This document shows, piece by piece, positions 49,360 through 59,000 of a stretch of DNA of 64,000 nt. A program made the translations under genes and the position numbers. The stretch comes from Candidatus Latescibacterota bacterium (GTDB taxonomy: Bacteria > Latescibacterota > CBDEFO01). The stretch covers positions 672,001-736,000 of the forward strand of contig CBDEFO010000008.1 in assembly GCA_965237525.1 (NCBI GenBank). Direction: 5' to 3'. Each line of letters starts with the position of its first letter. Position 1 is the first letter of the stretch. The notes below the pieces were generated by a model. The model was not told where the DNA came from, searched no databases, and worked only from the letters and a program-made list of their open reading frames with translations.

Positions 49360-52167
49360 CTATTCTTGAACACCAGCGTACATTGTCACAAAGACGAAAC
49401 TATCGGTCTGTGATTTTCTGTCCTCTTCAAATCTTTCAAGGGATTTTCTGTCAACTCTAATACCGAGCTGGGTGATCAGCCGGTAGCCTAGATAGTCCCC
49501 GATATTGGTCAACTGCGCCGCCAATACAGTATCGAAGAAATCTCCCGTGGGCTCACCTACCTCGAAATTACCTTTAATAACATTCCCTTCATCATCCACG
49601 ACTTTTAACGTCTCATCGAGGAGCATATCCTGGGAAAAGAGCTGTTCGAGTCCTATTTCGATGTTAGTTTTCCTGAGGGCCGGAAACTCGAAAACCAGGG
49701 AGAATATGCCCGACCATTCGTCTCGCTCTGCCCTATCGAGGGAGTAAGGAGTGTTATCCTTTAAAAGTGCGCTTTTGAACTTCGGACGGATCCTCACGTT
49801 ACCGATCTTATGGACATAATCGACCTTGTTGACGATGCCCAAAAGTCGTGTGTTCTCCTTGAACCCCGTGATGCTTTCGTCTTGGCGCTGGTCTAATATG
49901 TCGTATTTGAACTTGTTGACAAGGTTTATTCCCCAGTCGGTCGAACGGTCAAAGCCGAACCAAGCCGTATTTATCCAGGTATCCTGAGCCGACAGCGGGT
50001 CAGGTACGAATTGATTCACCCCGACCGATCCAGCGGGCTGTATCCACTGGAAGAGATCGTCTTGGATGTTGTCTTTGACCTTCTTGACCATATCGAAAAA
50101 CCGTAATCTACCGATCTTTGCGTATTCCCTTTCGAATGTGAAAAACGCGTACGTGGTCAGGTTTTTTCTGTCGTCAGATATGAGAAATTCGCGCTCCTGT
50201 CCCACCGTCAGACTCATCTCTGGCGTTATGTGGCTTCCAAGGTAGACGTTGTATCCCTTTCGATCCTTTTTGTAGGGATAGTCGGGTTCGTTGTCGTTTT
50301 CAAATCTGTCTATCCATCCGTTATTATTCAGGTCCATCCCAAAGAGGAATTCAGGGCGGTCTACGCCGTATCTCAGGAACGGCTCATCGTAGTCGGGAAT
50401 CGTATTTTCCCGGAATGGGGTGCTGTTTTGATTGAAGTCGGATATAAAGTCGTTGTTTTCGTCCCATCCGGGGAAGACCGCGTCATCAGCAGCCCCATCG
50501 AAAGTACTTCCTTCAGTCCCTCTTTCAGACGAGGTCCTGTAGTCCTGGAACCTTCTTTCTTGGTCGGGCTTCTGGTCCTGGTCATCGTTGTCGTCCACAA
50601 AGTCGTAGATGCTCCTGGTTTCGTCCTCGTAGTCTATTCTGCCAAACTGATCCACCATGAAGGGGCTCGTGTTATAGCTGTCATCCATATAGAAGCCCTC
50701 TGCGAAGAAGTGCCACGGATAGGAGATCTTCGACAGGTTCATCATCCACGCTTCGGATGCCTCATCGCCGACGATGCCTGAGGAGGCATCGTGCGTCTCC
50801 AGACGGAGGTTGGGATATTGCCTGAAACGGTGGTTTATGTCGAACTCGGTGTAGAGATTAAATCCCATAAGGTCCTTTACTTCCAGGGTGAAGCCATAGA
50901 CCTGGTTGGCTGTGGGAAGACCGTAGTCGAAGCCGACCTCCTTCTTGTTTGAGGCGTCCTTTACGTTTCCCTTGGCCTGCGTGACCAGAACGAAGATCGG
51001 CTGTCCCTCCCTATTTGTCTGTCTGTCTGATGTCATCTCAACTTTGTAGTCATTTGCCAGAGTGAATCTGAATCTGACCTTTTCGATGCTGTTTACGACG
51101 TCTATATCGCCTACTATTTCCACCAAATCGGACAGGTCGTACCTGAGTGTTATCGTTTCGGTTCCATCTGCCACTATAGCTCCTTCTTTCAGGATGCCGC
51201 CTTCCATGTTGGGCCTGAAGCCTACAGCGTTTCCAGATAGAACTGTGTCCCTCTCTCCGATCTTGGTCGTTATCTCCACGTCGTCTGAAAGGAGGACGGC
51301 ACCTCCTGTGTTGTCCGCTGGAGAGGCGTCGCTCAGCCGGATGGTTATGGTGTTGATCTTGTCCTGCAACTGGCCTGTGGTAAGGGCCCCCTTATACGGA
51401 TTTCCCGTAAAGCTTTCCAGGTTGCCTCTCCCGGTGTGGGCATTAACGATTGTGCCTCCCACCGTCACGAAATCCCCGATATTGACCTTTGCCCTGCCCC
51501 CTATCAGATTGGTGTAGTCATTGGTGACGGAGCTAACCGCGCCTGCTATTGGGATGCCCGGAGCGCTGATTCTGGACAGCAGGACGGTCGCCGAGTAATT
51601 ATCTGACATAAAATCGGCCTGAGCGCCGTTGAAGGTGGACTTTCTAAACGTCATCGGCGTTAGGGTCGTACGTATCTCGTCCCCTACGGTGATAGAGTAG
51701 GAATATTGTCCCTTCTGGTCTGCGGCTATTACAAGTGAACTGAAGAAGCTGCCGTACTGTCCCGTTTTGAGGATACTGCTGCCCTCAGATGACCTGGGGC
51801 GCTCCTCCTTCCAATTATAGATCAGCCATCCCTTGGTTATGAAGTTACCGTAGAGGTCGTAAAAGTAGTCTCCCTCATTTATAGGATCATTATAACGTTT
51901 GTAGCGATCCCTGCCGTAGTTGGTGTAATCCCACGTCTGCCACTGATACTCCTGATATAGCTCCTGCGGAAGGTACCATTTTTTGACCACAGGGTCTATA
52001 GTGCCTAAAAGTGTCCCCGGCCCTTGAGGTCGAAAGGCCACCTTGTCTCCCTCTCTTTGTCCCAAGCGGCTTCCGTAGTCCTCCTGGGGAAGGGCGCTCT
52101 CCCAGGAGAGGGCAAGCAAAAGGAGAAAAATTATTGCACTCGGTAATATAGTGCGATTCTTTAACAT
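49360..52167 (-). CDS. Large exported protein (putative outer-membrane protein), paralog 2
   Basis: Signal peptide. Acidic DDNDDQD, PGWDENNDFISDFNQN and DLNNNG motifs. Amphipathic beta-strand-like C-terminus ending TMYAGVQE. Confidence 0.65.
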   Translation of the reverse strand: MLKNRTILPSAIIFLLLLALSWESALPQEDYGSRLGQREGDKVAFRPQGPGTLLGTIDPVVKKWYLPQELYQEYQWQTWDYTNYGRDRYKRYNDPINEGDYFYDLYGNFITKGWLIYNWKEERPRSSEGSSILKTGQYGSFFSSLVIAADQKGQYSYSITVGDEIRTTLTPMTFRKSTFNGAQADFMSDNYSATVLLSRISAPGIPIAGAVSSVTNDYTNLIGGRAKVNIGDFVTVGGTIVNAHTGRGNLESFTGNPYKGALTTGQLQDKINTITIRLSDASPADNTGGAVLLSDDVEITTKIGERDTVLSGNAVGFRPNMEGGILKEGAIVADGTETITLRYDLSDLVEIVGDIDVVNSIEKVRFRFTLANDYKVEMTSDRQTNREGQPIFVLVTQAKGNVKDASNKKEVGFDYGLPTANQVYGFTLEVKDLMGFNLYTEFDINHRFRQYPNLRLETHDASSGIVGDEASEAWMMNLSKISYPWHFFAEGFYMDDSYNTSPFMVDQFGRIDYEDETRSIYDFVDDNDDQDQKPDQERRFQDYRTSSERGTEGSTFDGAADDAVFPGWDENNDFISDFNQNSTPFRENTIPDYDEPFLRYGVDRPEFLFGMDLNNNGWIDRFENDNEPDYPYKKDRKGYNVYLGSHITPEMSLTVGQEREFLISDDRKNLTTYAFFTFEREYAKIGRLRFFDMVKKVKDNIQDDLFQWIQPAGSVGVNQFVPDPLSAQDTWINTAWFGFDRSTDWGINLVNKFKYDILDQRQDESITGFKENTRLLGIVNKVDYVHKIGNVRIRPKFKSALLKDNTPYSLDRAERDEWSGIFSLVFEFPALRKTNIEIGLEQLFSQDMLLDETLKVVDDEGNVIKGNFEVGEPTGDFFDTVLAAQLTNIGDYLGYRLITQLGIRVDRKSLERFEEDRKSQTDSFVFVTMYAGVQE

Positions 52168-52237
52168 CGATCTCCTCCTCTTTCTATCTCTGTGGTGTAG
52201 CCATAGTCTTAACACAAAAAGCCACAAAGCCCCATGT

Positions 52238-55030
52238 TCACTGCTGCACTCCAGCGTAGAAGATCATAAAAGTGGTGCTGCTCGTTTCCACCTCGTTTTT
52301 CTTTTCGATCTCCAAATCGGTCGCTTTGATCGTCTCGATGGATGTCCTTGAGAATTTGAAACCTGTCTGCAGGATAAGATTATATCCTAAATAATCTGTT
52401 AACGTTTCCCACTGTATCGCAAAGACGGACTCGGTAAAGTCGCCAGTGGGACCTAAAATCGCCTTTTCTAGCAGGTCGTCTTCATCTGCCCTCAATTCGG
52501 TAAAGTGCAGAAATTCCGCGCCCAGCTCTATTGACGTCTCCCTAAGCATAGGGAACTTCAAGATCAAGGAGGGCATCTTTGCCCACTCTCGCCTTCTGTC
52601 GTCACGTTCTAAAAATGGCGTCTGTCTCAAGAATTCGCTCTTGAATCTGGGCCGGATAACAAGATCGCCAATTCGGTAGGTATAATCCGCTTTGTTTATG
52701 AGCCCGAAGAAGGACGAATCGTCGTTTAAGGGGCTCCTGTCCACAGCCCTCGGATCGTCAGATCGCTGGGTGAAGCTCTCATATTTGATCTTGTTGATTA
52801 TGTTCACATTAGGGATCCTGGTGTAGTCTAACCCGGTCCAGAACGTGTTTATCCAGGTGTCTTGAGCCGGTAAGATGTCCGCGACTATGCCCGGGGTCTC
52901 AGCCTGCAAGAATAGCTGTGGCCCGAAGCGGTTACCGGGGATGCTATCTTTGGTTCTCTTTAACATTTCGAAGATTCTGAGCCTCCCCAAGCGCGGGTAG
53001 TTCTTTTCTAATGTAAAGAGCCCGTAAGTGGTTATATTCTTCTTTTCGGACGATATGAGCTCTTCGCGAAGCTGACCCACGGAAAGCCTTACATCGGGGA
53101 CTATATGCGCTCCGATGTAGGCGTTATATCCGCGGTGGTCCCTTTGATAGGGGAAATCGGGCTCAGCATCGTTTTCGAACCTGTCAATCGTGGTGTTGTT
53201 GTCCAGATCAATGCCAAAGAGGAACTCCGGACGGTCTACCCCGTATCTTAGGAACGGCTCCTCGTAGTCGGGTATGCGGTTGGTGACCGCTCTGTTGTCG
53301 TTTTGATTGAAGTCGGATATAAAGTCGTTGTTTTCATCCCAGCCGGGGAAGACGGACGGATCAGGGCCCCCGTGGTTGGCGCGGATCCAGTCGGGGGTCC
53401 TATCCTGGTCGTCGTTATCGTCCACAAACTCGTACAGAGAGTTTCCCGGGTTATCGTAGGTGATTCCCCCTTGTGAATTAACTATGAAAGGGCTGGTAGA
53501 ATAGTCGGGATCCATAGTAAATGCCTCCCCAAGGAAGAACCACGGATAGGAGCGGTATGAGAGATTTACCATCCCCGCCTCCGATCTTGAGGAGGTGACC
53601 TCAAAGTTCTCTTCCTCGGTAAAGAGGGCAAAGTTGGGGTACTGTCTGAATCTGTGGTTGATGTCGAACTCCGCATAGAGGTCGAAGTCCTTAACATCCT
53701 TTACCTCCAGGGTGAAGCCGTATATTTGATTGGCCGTCGGCAGTCCGTAGTCGAAGACGACCCTCTGCCGGTTAGAGCTGTCCTTTATGTTGTCCTCTGC
53801 CCTCATAATATCTAAGAGTGCGGGGTTTGTTTCATCTATGATCTCTCCACTTAAGGGAGGAATCGGCGCTCTACTTCCTCCTGTCTGCCTGTTTGACCAT
53901 ACCTGGACTTTAAAGTCGTTGGCTAAGACCATGTCAAATGTCACCTTTACTATCTCAGTCGGACTCGGTCCGGTATATGACGGGTCTGTGAAATCGTAGT
54001 TGATCACTATCCTTTCTAATCCGTCCGCAGCCAAAAAGCCCTCCTCTGGAAAGCCGCCCAATATAATCGGCCATCTGGTAGGGTCATTTGTGAGATCTTC
54101 CAGCCTTAAAGTGTGGCGTCTTCCGGTTTGGAAATCTTGGCGGACTATGGTTATATCGTGATCAAAGAGGGCCGACCCTCCCACGCCGTCTTCGGGAGAA
54201 TCGTCGCTCAAGACAACAGCGATAGCCGTAATCCCCGGCTGGGCAGCCTGGTCTTCGCCGAGGGTGCCCTTAAAGCTGTTGCCGCTGAAGGCGTCCACGG
54301 TGCTCCGCGCGTTGTGAGCGTTGATAAAGGTCGCTCCGACTTTGACAAAATCTCCCACCTGAGCTGTCGCCCTGCCTCCGATCAAATTTGTACTATTAGT
54401 CCGCGTTCTTGGTGTCGTACCGCTTGAGCCGACTACAGGGCTGCTGATCCGTGAAAGTAAAACGGTAGCCTCATACCTATCCGACGCAAGGTCCAACTGT
54501 ATCCCGTTGTAGCGGGGCTTTGAAAAGGTCAGAGGGGTTAAAGTAGTCCTGATCCGGTCGCCTACGGTTATAGAGTAGTAGTGGGACCCTTTCGAGTCGG
54601 AGGAGACCAGGACGCTGCTGAACCATGTATTGTACCTTGTATCCTTGAAAAGGGAACTTCCAAGGGGAGCTGGCGCCTCCTGCCTCCAGTCATAGATGAG
54701 CCAGCCCTTTGTCACATAGTTCCCATAGAGATCGTAAAAGTAGTCGCCCTCAAGTGCGATGTCCACGTAGCGCTCGTAGGGGTCCCTGGCATAATTGGAG
54801 TACTCCCACGATTTCCACTGGTACTCCTGGTAGAGCTCCTGAGGGACGTACCATTTTTTAACCACAGGATCTAGCGGTCCGAAGAGCACCCCTGGGCCTC
54901 TGGGTTCGAATGTGACTGCGCCGCCCCGTCTTTCTCCTGTACGGACACCGTACTGCTGAGCGTAGGCGCGATCGCTAAAAATCACAGCTAAAAGGAGAAA
55001 AATCACTAAGATCTTATAGTTTTTTAACAT
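52238..55030 (-). CDS. Large exported protein (putative outer-membrane protein), paralog 1
   Basis: Collinear paralog of 49360..52167. Ends IFYAGVQQ. Confidence 0.65.
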   Translation of the reverse strand: MLKNYKILVIFLLLAVIFSDRAYAQQYGVRTGERRGGAVTFEPRGPGVLFGPLDPVVKKWYVPQELYQEYQWKSWEYSNYARDPYERYVDIALEGDYFYDLYGNYVTKGWLIYDWRQEAPAPLGSSLFKDTRYNTWFSSVLVSSDSKGSHYYSITVGDRIRTTLTPLTFSKPRYNGIQLDLASDRYEATVLLSRISSPVVGSSGTTPRTRTNSTNLIGGRATAQVGDFVKVGATFINAHNARSTVDAFSGNSFKGTLGEDQAAQPGITAIAVVLSDDSPEDGVGGSALFDHDITIVRQDFQTGRRHTLRLEDLTNDPTRWPIILGGFPEEGFLAADGLERIVINYDFTDPSYTGPSPTEIVKVTFDMVLANDFKVQVWSNRQTGGSRAPIPPLSGEIIDETNPALLDIMRAEDNIKDSSNRQRVVFDYGLPTANQIYGFTLEVKDVKDFDLYAEFDINHRFRQYPNFALFTEEENFEVTSSRSEAGMVNLSYRSYPWFFLGEAFTMDPDYSTSPFIVNSQGGITYDNPGNSLYEFVDDNDDQDRTPDWIRANHGGPDPSVFPGWDENNDFISDFNQNDNRAVTNRIPDYEEPFLRYGVDRPEFLFGIDLDNNTTIDRFENDAEPDFPYQRDHRGYNAYIGAHIVPDVRLSVGQLREELISSEKKNITTYGLFTLEKNYPRLGRLRIFEMLKRTKDSIPGNRFGPQLFLQAETPGIVADILPAQDTWINTFWTGLDYTRIPNVNIINKIKYESFTQRSDDPRAVDRSPLNDDSSFFGLINKADYTYRIGDLVIRPRFKSEFLRQTPFLERDDRRREWAKMPSLILKFPMLRETSIELGAEFLHFTELRADEDDLLEKAILGPTGDFTESVFAIQWETLTDYLGYNLILQTGFKFSRTSIETIKATDLEIEKKNEVETSSTTFMIFYAGVQQ

Positions 55031-55099
55031 TAGGTTACCCCCCTTCCAAAGTGGTAGACGGTAGGTAGTAGACAGATCGTCTTTGCCCCTTCCTATCTA

Positions 55100-57313
55100 C
55101 TAATATACTATCGCTACAGTTCCGCTTGCTCCTTCGTTATCTGCGTCGGCATCTATCTCTACCCTGAAGATATATATCCCCGGCGGCAGTAGATTCCCAT
55201 CTTTATCTCTCCCATCCCATCTCAATTGTTCACGATTCAGACTGGAGTAACTTCCGCTCGCGTCACTACCTGAGTATAACTCTTTGAGGAGCCTCCCCGA
55301 AAGGTCGTAGACACCTACCGTAACCTTCCCCTTGCTAGTTAAGCTTGTAATATCGTAGTTTACGTCTGTAAAGTCGTTGATACCATCCCCGTTTGGCGTG
55401 AAAGGATTCGGAACTGCCTGGACGTTAATCAGAAGATCATCTTCTATCGCGACCTGCACCACAAGGTTTGCCTGGTTCCTCAGAAGGGCTACATCAAGTT
55501 CTTCCTTGCTCAGGTCGACCACGTTTGCCCCTATCACCTCCTGAGGGAGTTCGAGGTCTCCAGTGAGGCTGTTTAACGCCTTGCCTGTGAACGCCGTCCC
55601 GATTCTCAGCACGACGCCCTTGAAGGTCACATTTACGGTTGTCATCTCCCGTGTCTCTACATTGCTGTTTTCAACCTTGGGGAAGCTGATCCTGAAGCGA
55701 TCTTCCTCCACAAAGTCTATGCTAAAATTTCCACGCCTTACGGGCAAATTGATAAGGTCTGCATCGGAAAATTCCTCAGAGACCCTTGTTCTATCCGGAA
55801 AGGTCATCTCTATCTTGTCAATAGATGTCACCCTGACAGGGGTCGTGATCTCAAAGGAGTTGAACCCTTTGTCAAATCCCGGCCGTATATTGGGCAAGAT
55901 CCAATATGAAAACTCTGTGATTTCACCTAAATCTACCTGTCGGGGGGATATTTCAGCTAATATCTCCTCTGCCAGGGGCGGGCTGGAAAAGTCAAAGGAT
56001 AGTGTGCCGATGCCCCTTGACGCAAAGAGTTCGTCGTTTGAAAAGTCTATCTTAACCTGGAAGAACCGACGTGACCCCGGAGAGAGAATCCTGACGCCCC
56101 CTTCCCCTGCTGCCACCTCCACCGATGTCACTATCCCAGCGGAAGAATAGGGCGGCGTCCAAAGACTCCAGTTTTCTATGTCGTCCCTTACCGAACCCTT
56201 CTTGGTTGATGGTAGGCTCTTGTGGTCAGACCGGGCAAGTGATATACTGTTCCTCTCCTCCGGAGTCAATCCGCTGAACGTAAGCATAGCCTCCCTCACA
56301 CTCAGATCGGGGCTGTCGAGCTCTGCTACTATCTCCCTTTCCCTTGAACCCTCGAGGTCTCCTTCCCTTTTCCACGGCACTTCTGCAAGGTCGTCTCTGA
56401 TTCGATTGAACACCACAGGGGTGTCGTCTATTCCGCTCCTTGTCCTTATCGCAGCGCCGGAGAAGACAGCATCGCCTATTATATCCTCCTCCCAGCGTAT
56501 GTTGCCCCAGAGGGCTAACCCCTCCCCTAAATCGAATATGTCAGATTGATACTCCGCAACAGGCACGAACCCCACTCCGAAGACCTGGAACTCCGATATT
56601 TCAAAACCGACGGTCGTCTGCGACCTGATCCTGATAAAGCGAATATACTGAGGGACTATCGACAGATCCACCACAGCTTGATCGTTTTGCTGCTCAAGCA
56701 GGAAGCTCGTAAATGTCGGTCTGCCACCGCTCTGGGTTTCTTCGCTGCCATCGTTGAAAAAGATCTCATATGCTCTTATAAAATCGTCCTGAAACGGAAA
56801 GTCGGATGCAGCAAAGTCAGGATCGGCGTTTCTGGGGAAAAACTTCAGCCTACCCACACCGAACCGCGATCCTAAATCGAACGTCACTATTACCCCAAAA
56901 GTGAAGACCGTCTTTAGCTCAGTACTTTTCCTTTCAAAGGCGGTTTCGGCGTTGTTGTCTATCATTTGTATCAAATCGCCCTCGGTGGTGTCAAACAGGT
57001 TGTCTTCTATCGAACCTCCCCTGTCGATGAGCCCTAAGGCGATATTTTTCGTCGGTTCCGCTTTTTCGGGAAATACCCAGGCTATTCTGTCCTCGAAATT
57101 AAAATCAATGACTCCGCCCGGCGTGTTTCCGAGTTCAACTTCCTTGGGACCCACTATAAAGACGGGTGTGATGCCTCCGCCACCTTCTTCCCACGATTTT
57201 CCCTCATCTCCGCCGAGGATGATTATTTCCTTTGCTTGGACATCGCCGATTAACAAAGAAAGATAGATCAAACCAGCCAGAGGAAGTAGTAGCATTTCTC
57301 TTTTAATTCCCAT
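55100..57313 (-). CDS. Secreted FlgD-Ig-tailed protein, type C
   Basis: Signal peptide. Shares the WG.I.W / TRSG / WS.W..PY module with types A and B. Tail PNPFTPNGDGIND...WDGRDKDGNLLPPGIY. Confidence 0.75.
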   Translation of the reverse strand: MGIKREMLLLPLAGLIYLSLLIGDVQAKEIIILGGDEGKSWEEGGGGITPVFIVGPKEVELGNTPGGVIDFNFEDRIAWVFPEKAEPTKNIALGLIDRGGSIEDNLFDTTEGDLIQMIDNNAETAFERKSTELKTVFTFGVIVTFDLGSRFGVGRLKFFPRNADPDFAASDFPFQDDFIRAYEIFFNDGSEETQSGGRPTFTSFLLEQQNDQAVVDLSIVPQYIRFIRIRSQTTVGFEISEFQVFGVGFVPVAEYQSDIFDLGEGLALWGNIRWEEDIIGDAVFSGAAIRTRSGIDDTPVVFNRIRDDLAEVPWKREGDLEGSREREIVAELDSPDLSVREAMLTFSGLTPEERNSISLARSDHKSLPSTKKGSVRDDIENWSLWTPPYSSAGIVTSVEVAAGEGGVRILSPGSRRFFQVKIDFSNDELFASRGIGTLSFDFSSPPLAEEILAEISPRQVDLGEITEFSYWILPNIRPGFDKGFNSFEITTPVRVTSIDKIEMTFPDRTRVSEEFSDADLINLPVRRGNFSIDFVEEDRFRISFPKVENSNVETREMTTVNVTFKGVVLRIGTAFTGKALNSLTGDLELPQEVIGANVVDLSKEELDVALLRNQANLVVQVAIEDDLLINVQAVPNPFTPNGDGINDFTDVNYDITSLTSKGKVTVGVYDLSGRLLKELYSGSDASGSYSSLNREQLRWDGRDKDGNLLPPGIYIFRVEIDADADNEGASGTVAIVY

Positions 57314-57383
57314 CCAAATCGCCTCCTATAAGTCATCGACGCTATCAAATTCCAGCCAAACATTATTGTAACTTAGGGTTTAA

Positions 57384-58902
57384 AAGCCTTGTGAAAAACC
57401 CTTAGATTCAGAAAGTAGTATAAAACAAGCATTGATAAAGCAGCTCCGATGTATTATATTATGTTATTGATAATATTATACATGGAGGAAACAATGACCC
57501 CACAAAAGCAGGAACAGACAAATCCGATGTTTCACTATTTTCAGATGGAGGATTTAGTTCCCGAGGATCATATCCTTCGTCAGATTGATGAGGCAGTTGA
57601 TTTTTCATTTGTACGAGACGTTGTATCAGATTGTTATTGCCCTGACAATGGCAGACCCGGTATTGATCCTGAATTAGTTGTTCGAATGATCCTTATTGGC
57701 TATCTGTATAATTTGAGTGAGAATCGGCTCTGTCAGGAAGTGGGGATGCATGCGGCATATCGGTTGTTTTGTCATCAGACATTTGATGATGCGGTTCCGG
57801 ATAGGAGCACGATCAACAAGCTTCGCAATCACAAGTGGGCATCCAGTGGGTTGTTTGAACGGATAATGCGTCAGGTAGTCCAGTGTTGCATAGATGTCGG
57901 TCTTGTGAGCGGTAAACACCTTAGTGTCGACGGCACTCAGATACAAGCTGATGCTTCAGTGAAAAGTATTGAGCCGATAGAACCCCCTGTTTCTCTTGAT
58001 GATTATCTCAAGGGAATCGGTTTTGAAGGTGATAAGACAAAGGGTAGGTCCGGGCATCCTCAGGATAAAGACTTTCATGGTGAAAAGTGGACGAACCAAA
58101 CACACCGTTCGACTACAGACCCCGACGCGCGCTTATACAGCAAATCGAAGGGCAAAGGGGCTTTTCTCTCGTTTATGGGCCATGATCTGATCGACACAAA
58201 AAGCAGAGTAATCCTTGAGACTCAGGGCACGCAGGCGACAGGGACAGCAGAGCCCGAAAGTGCCCTTAAGATGGTAGATGACCTTGAAACATACACCATG
58301 CCCAAAGACATTCAGACACTTAGTGCCGATACCGGTTACGGTTCTGGTAATTTTATCGCTGATGTACTTGACCGGGGAATCATACCCCATATTCCTCTGC
58401 GAGCCGATGAGAAGATTGAACCGATTCCTACATGGAAAAACAAGACAAATTCAGCACATATTCAGGCCGAACGGGATAGAAAAGTGCGAGAGGCGAAAGC
58501 CAGAAATCATGCACGGTCTATCTCATTAACAGCTGACTACAAACTCTCCCAGAGACTCCGTAAACGCAGTGAACATATCTTTGCTGAAGCCAGGCAACAA
58601 CACGGTATGGGACGAGCCCGTTATAGAGGACCAGCCTCACTGAATGAACAGTTGAATCTTGTTGCAACAGTACAGAATCTCAAGAGGCTTGTATCTTTCA
58701 TAAGAAGGGGGAAAGCGTCTATGTGTGCCCTGTCTGTCAAAGACAGTGCATCCTGTTCTTCAAACAGCTCCTATTCCTTGCTGACCAGAACTCTGATAAG
58801 ACTATTTTGCTTATTCCACAGCAAAACGATACGATATGCTACCCTTTGACCCATAATCGGCGCTTCAGACGCTGCCTGGGACATAACTATTTCACAAGGC
58901 CT
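57384..58902 (+). mobile_element. IS1182-family insertion sequence
   Basis: Terminal inverted repeats AAGCCTTGTGAAAAA / AGGCCTTGTGAAATA. TTAA duplicated at 57380-57383 and 58903-58906. Confidence 0.88.
57494..58849 (+). CDS. IS1182-family DDE transposase
   Basis: LVPEDH..R, GRPGIDP, SVDGTQIQADAS, STTDPDAR, ADTGY, RKRSEHIFAE...RYRG. Confidence 0.92.
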   Translation: MTPQKQEQTNPMFHYFQMEDLVPEDHILRQIDEAVDFSFVRDVVSDCYCPDNGRPGIDPELVVRMILIGYLYNLSENRLCQEVGMHAAYRLFCHQTFDDAVPDRSTINKLRNHKWASSGLFERIMRQVVQCCIDVGLVSGKHLSVDGTQIQADASVKSIEPIEPPVSLDDYLKGIGFEGDKTKGRSGHPQDKDFHGEKWTNQTHRSTTDPDARLYSKSKGKGAFLSFMGHDLIDTKSRVILETQGTQATGTAEPESALKMVDDLETYTMPKDIQTLSADTGYGSGNFIADVLDRGIIPHIPLRADEKIEPIPTWKNKTNSAHIQAERDRKVREAKARNHARSISLTADYKLSQRLRKRSEHIFAEARQQHGMGRARYRGPASLNEQLNLVATVQNLKRLVSFIRRGKASMCALSVKDSASCSSNSSYSLLTRTLIRLFCLFHSKTIRYATL

Positions 58903-58904
58903 TT

Positions 58905-58933
58905 AAGTTACAACAATGTTGTCCTCATGTCAA
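58905..58933 (-). promoter_or_regulatory. Probable native promoter of the FlgD-Ig locus, separated from it by the IS
   Basis: TTGACA-N17-TAACTT pointing toward the 57313 start codon. Confidence 0.6.
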
Positions 58934-58974
58934 GTAAAACTTTGTATCTATGATTTCGAATAGGCTTTGTTCAT

Positions 58975-59000
58975 AATTAAGTCACTGAATTAAGTCACTG
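58975..59000. repeat. 13-bp tandem direct repeat
   Basis: aattaagtcactg x2, ~40 bp upstream of the -35 element. Confidence 0.7.

Noticed and set aside
55100..57313. FlgD-Ig proteins as flagellar hook-cap genes
   Set aside because: Only the C-terminal Ig-like tail matches. The proteins have Sec signals and no flagellar genes are present.
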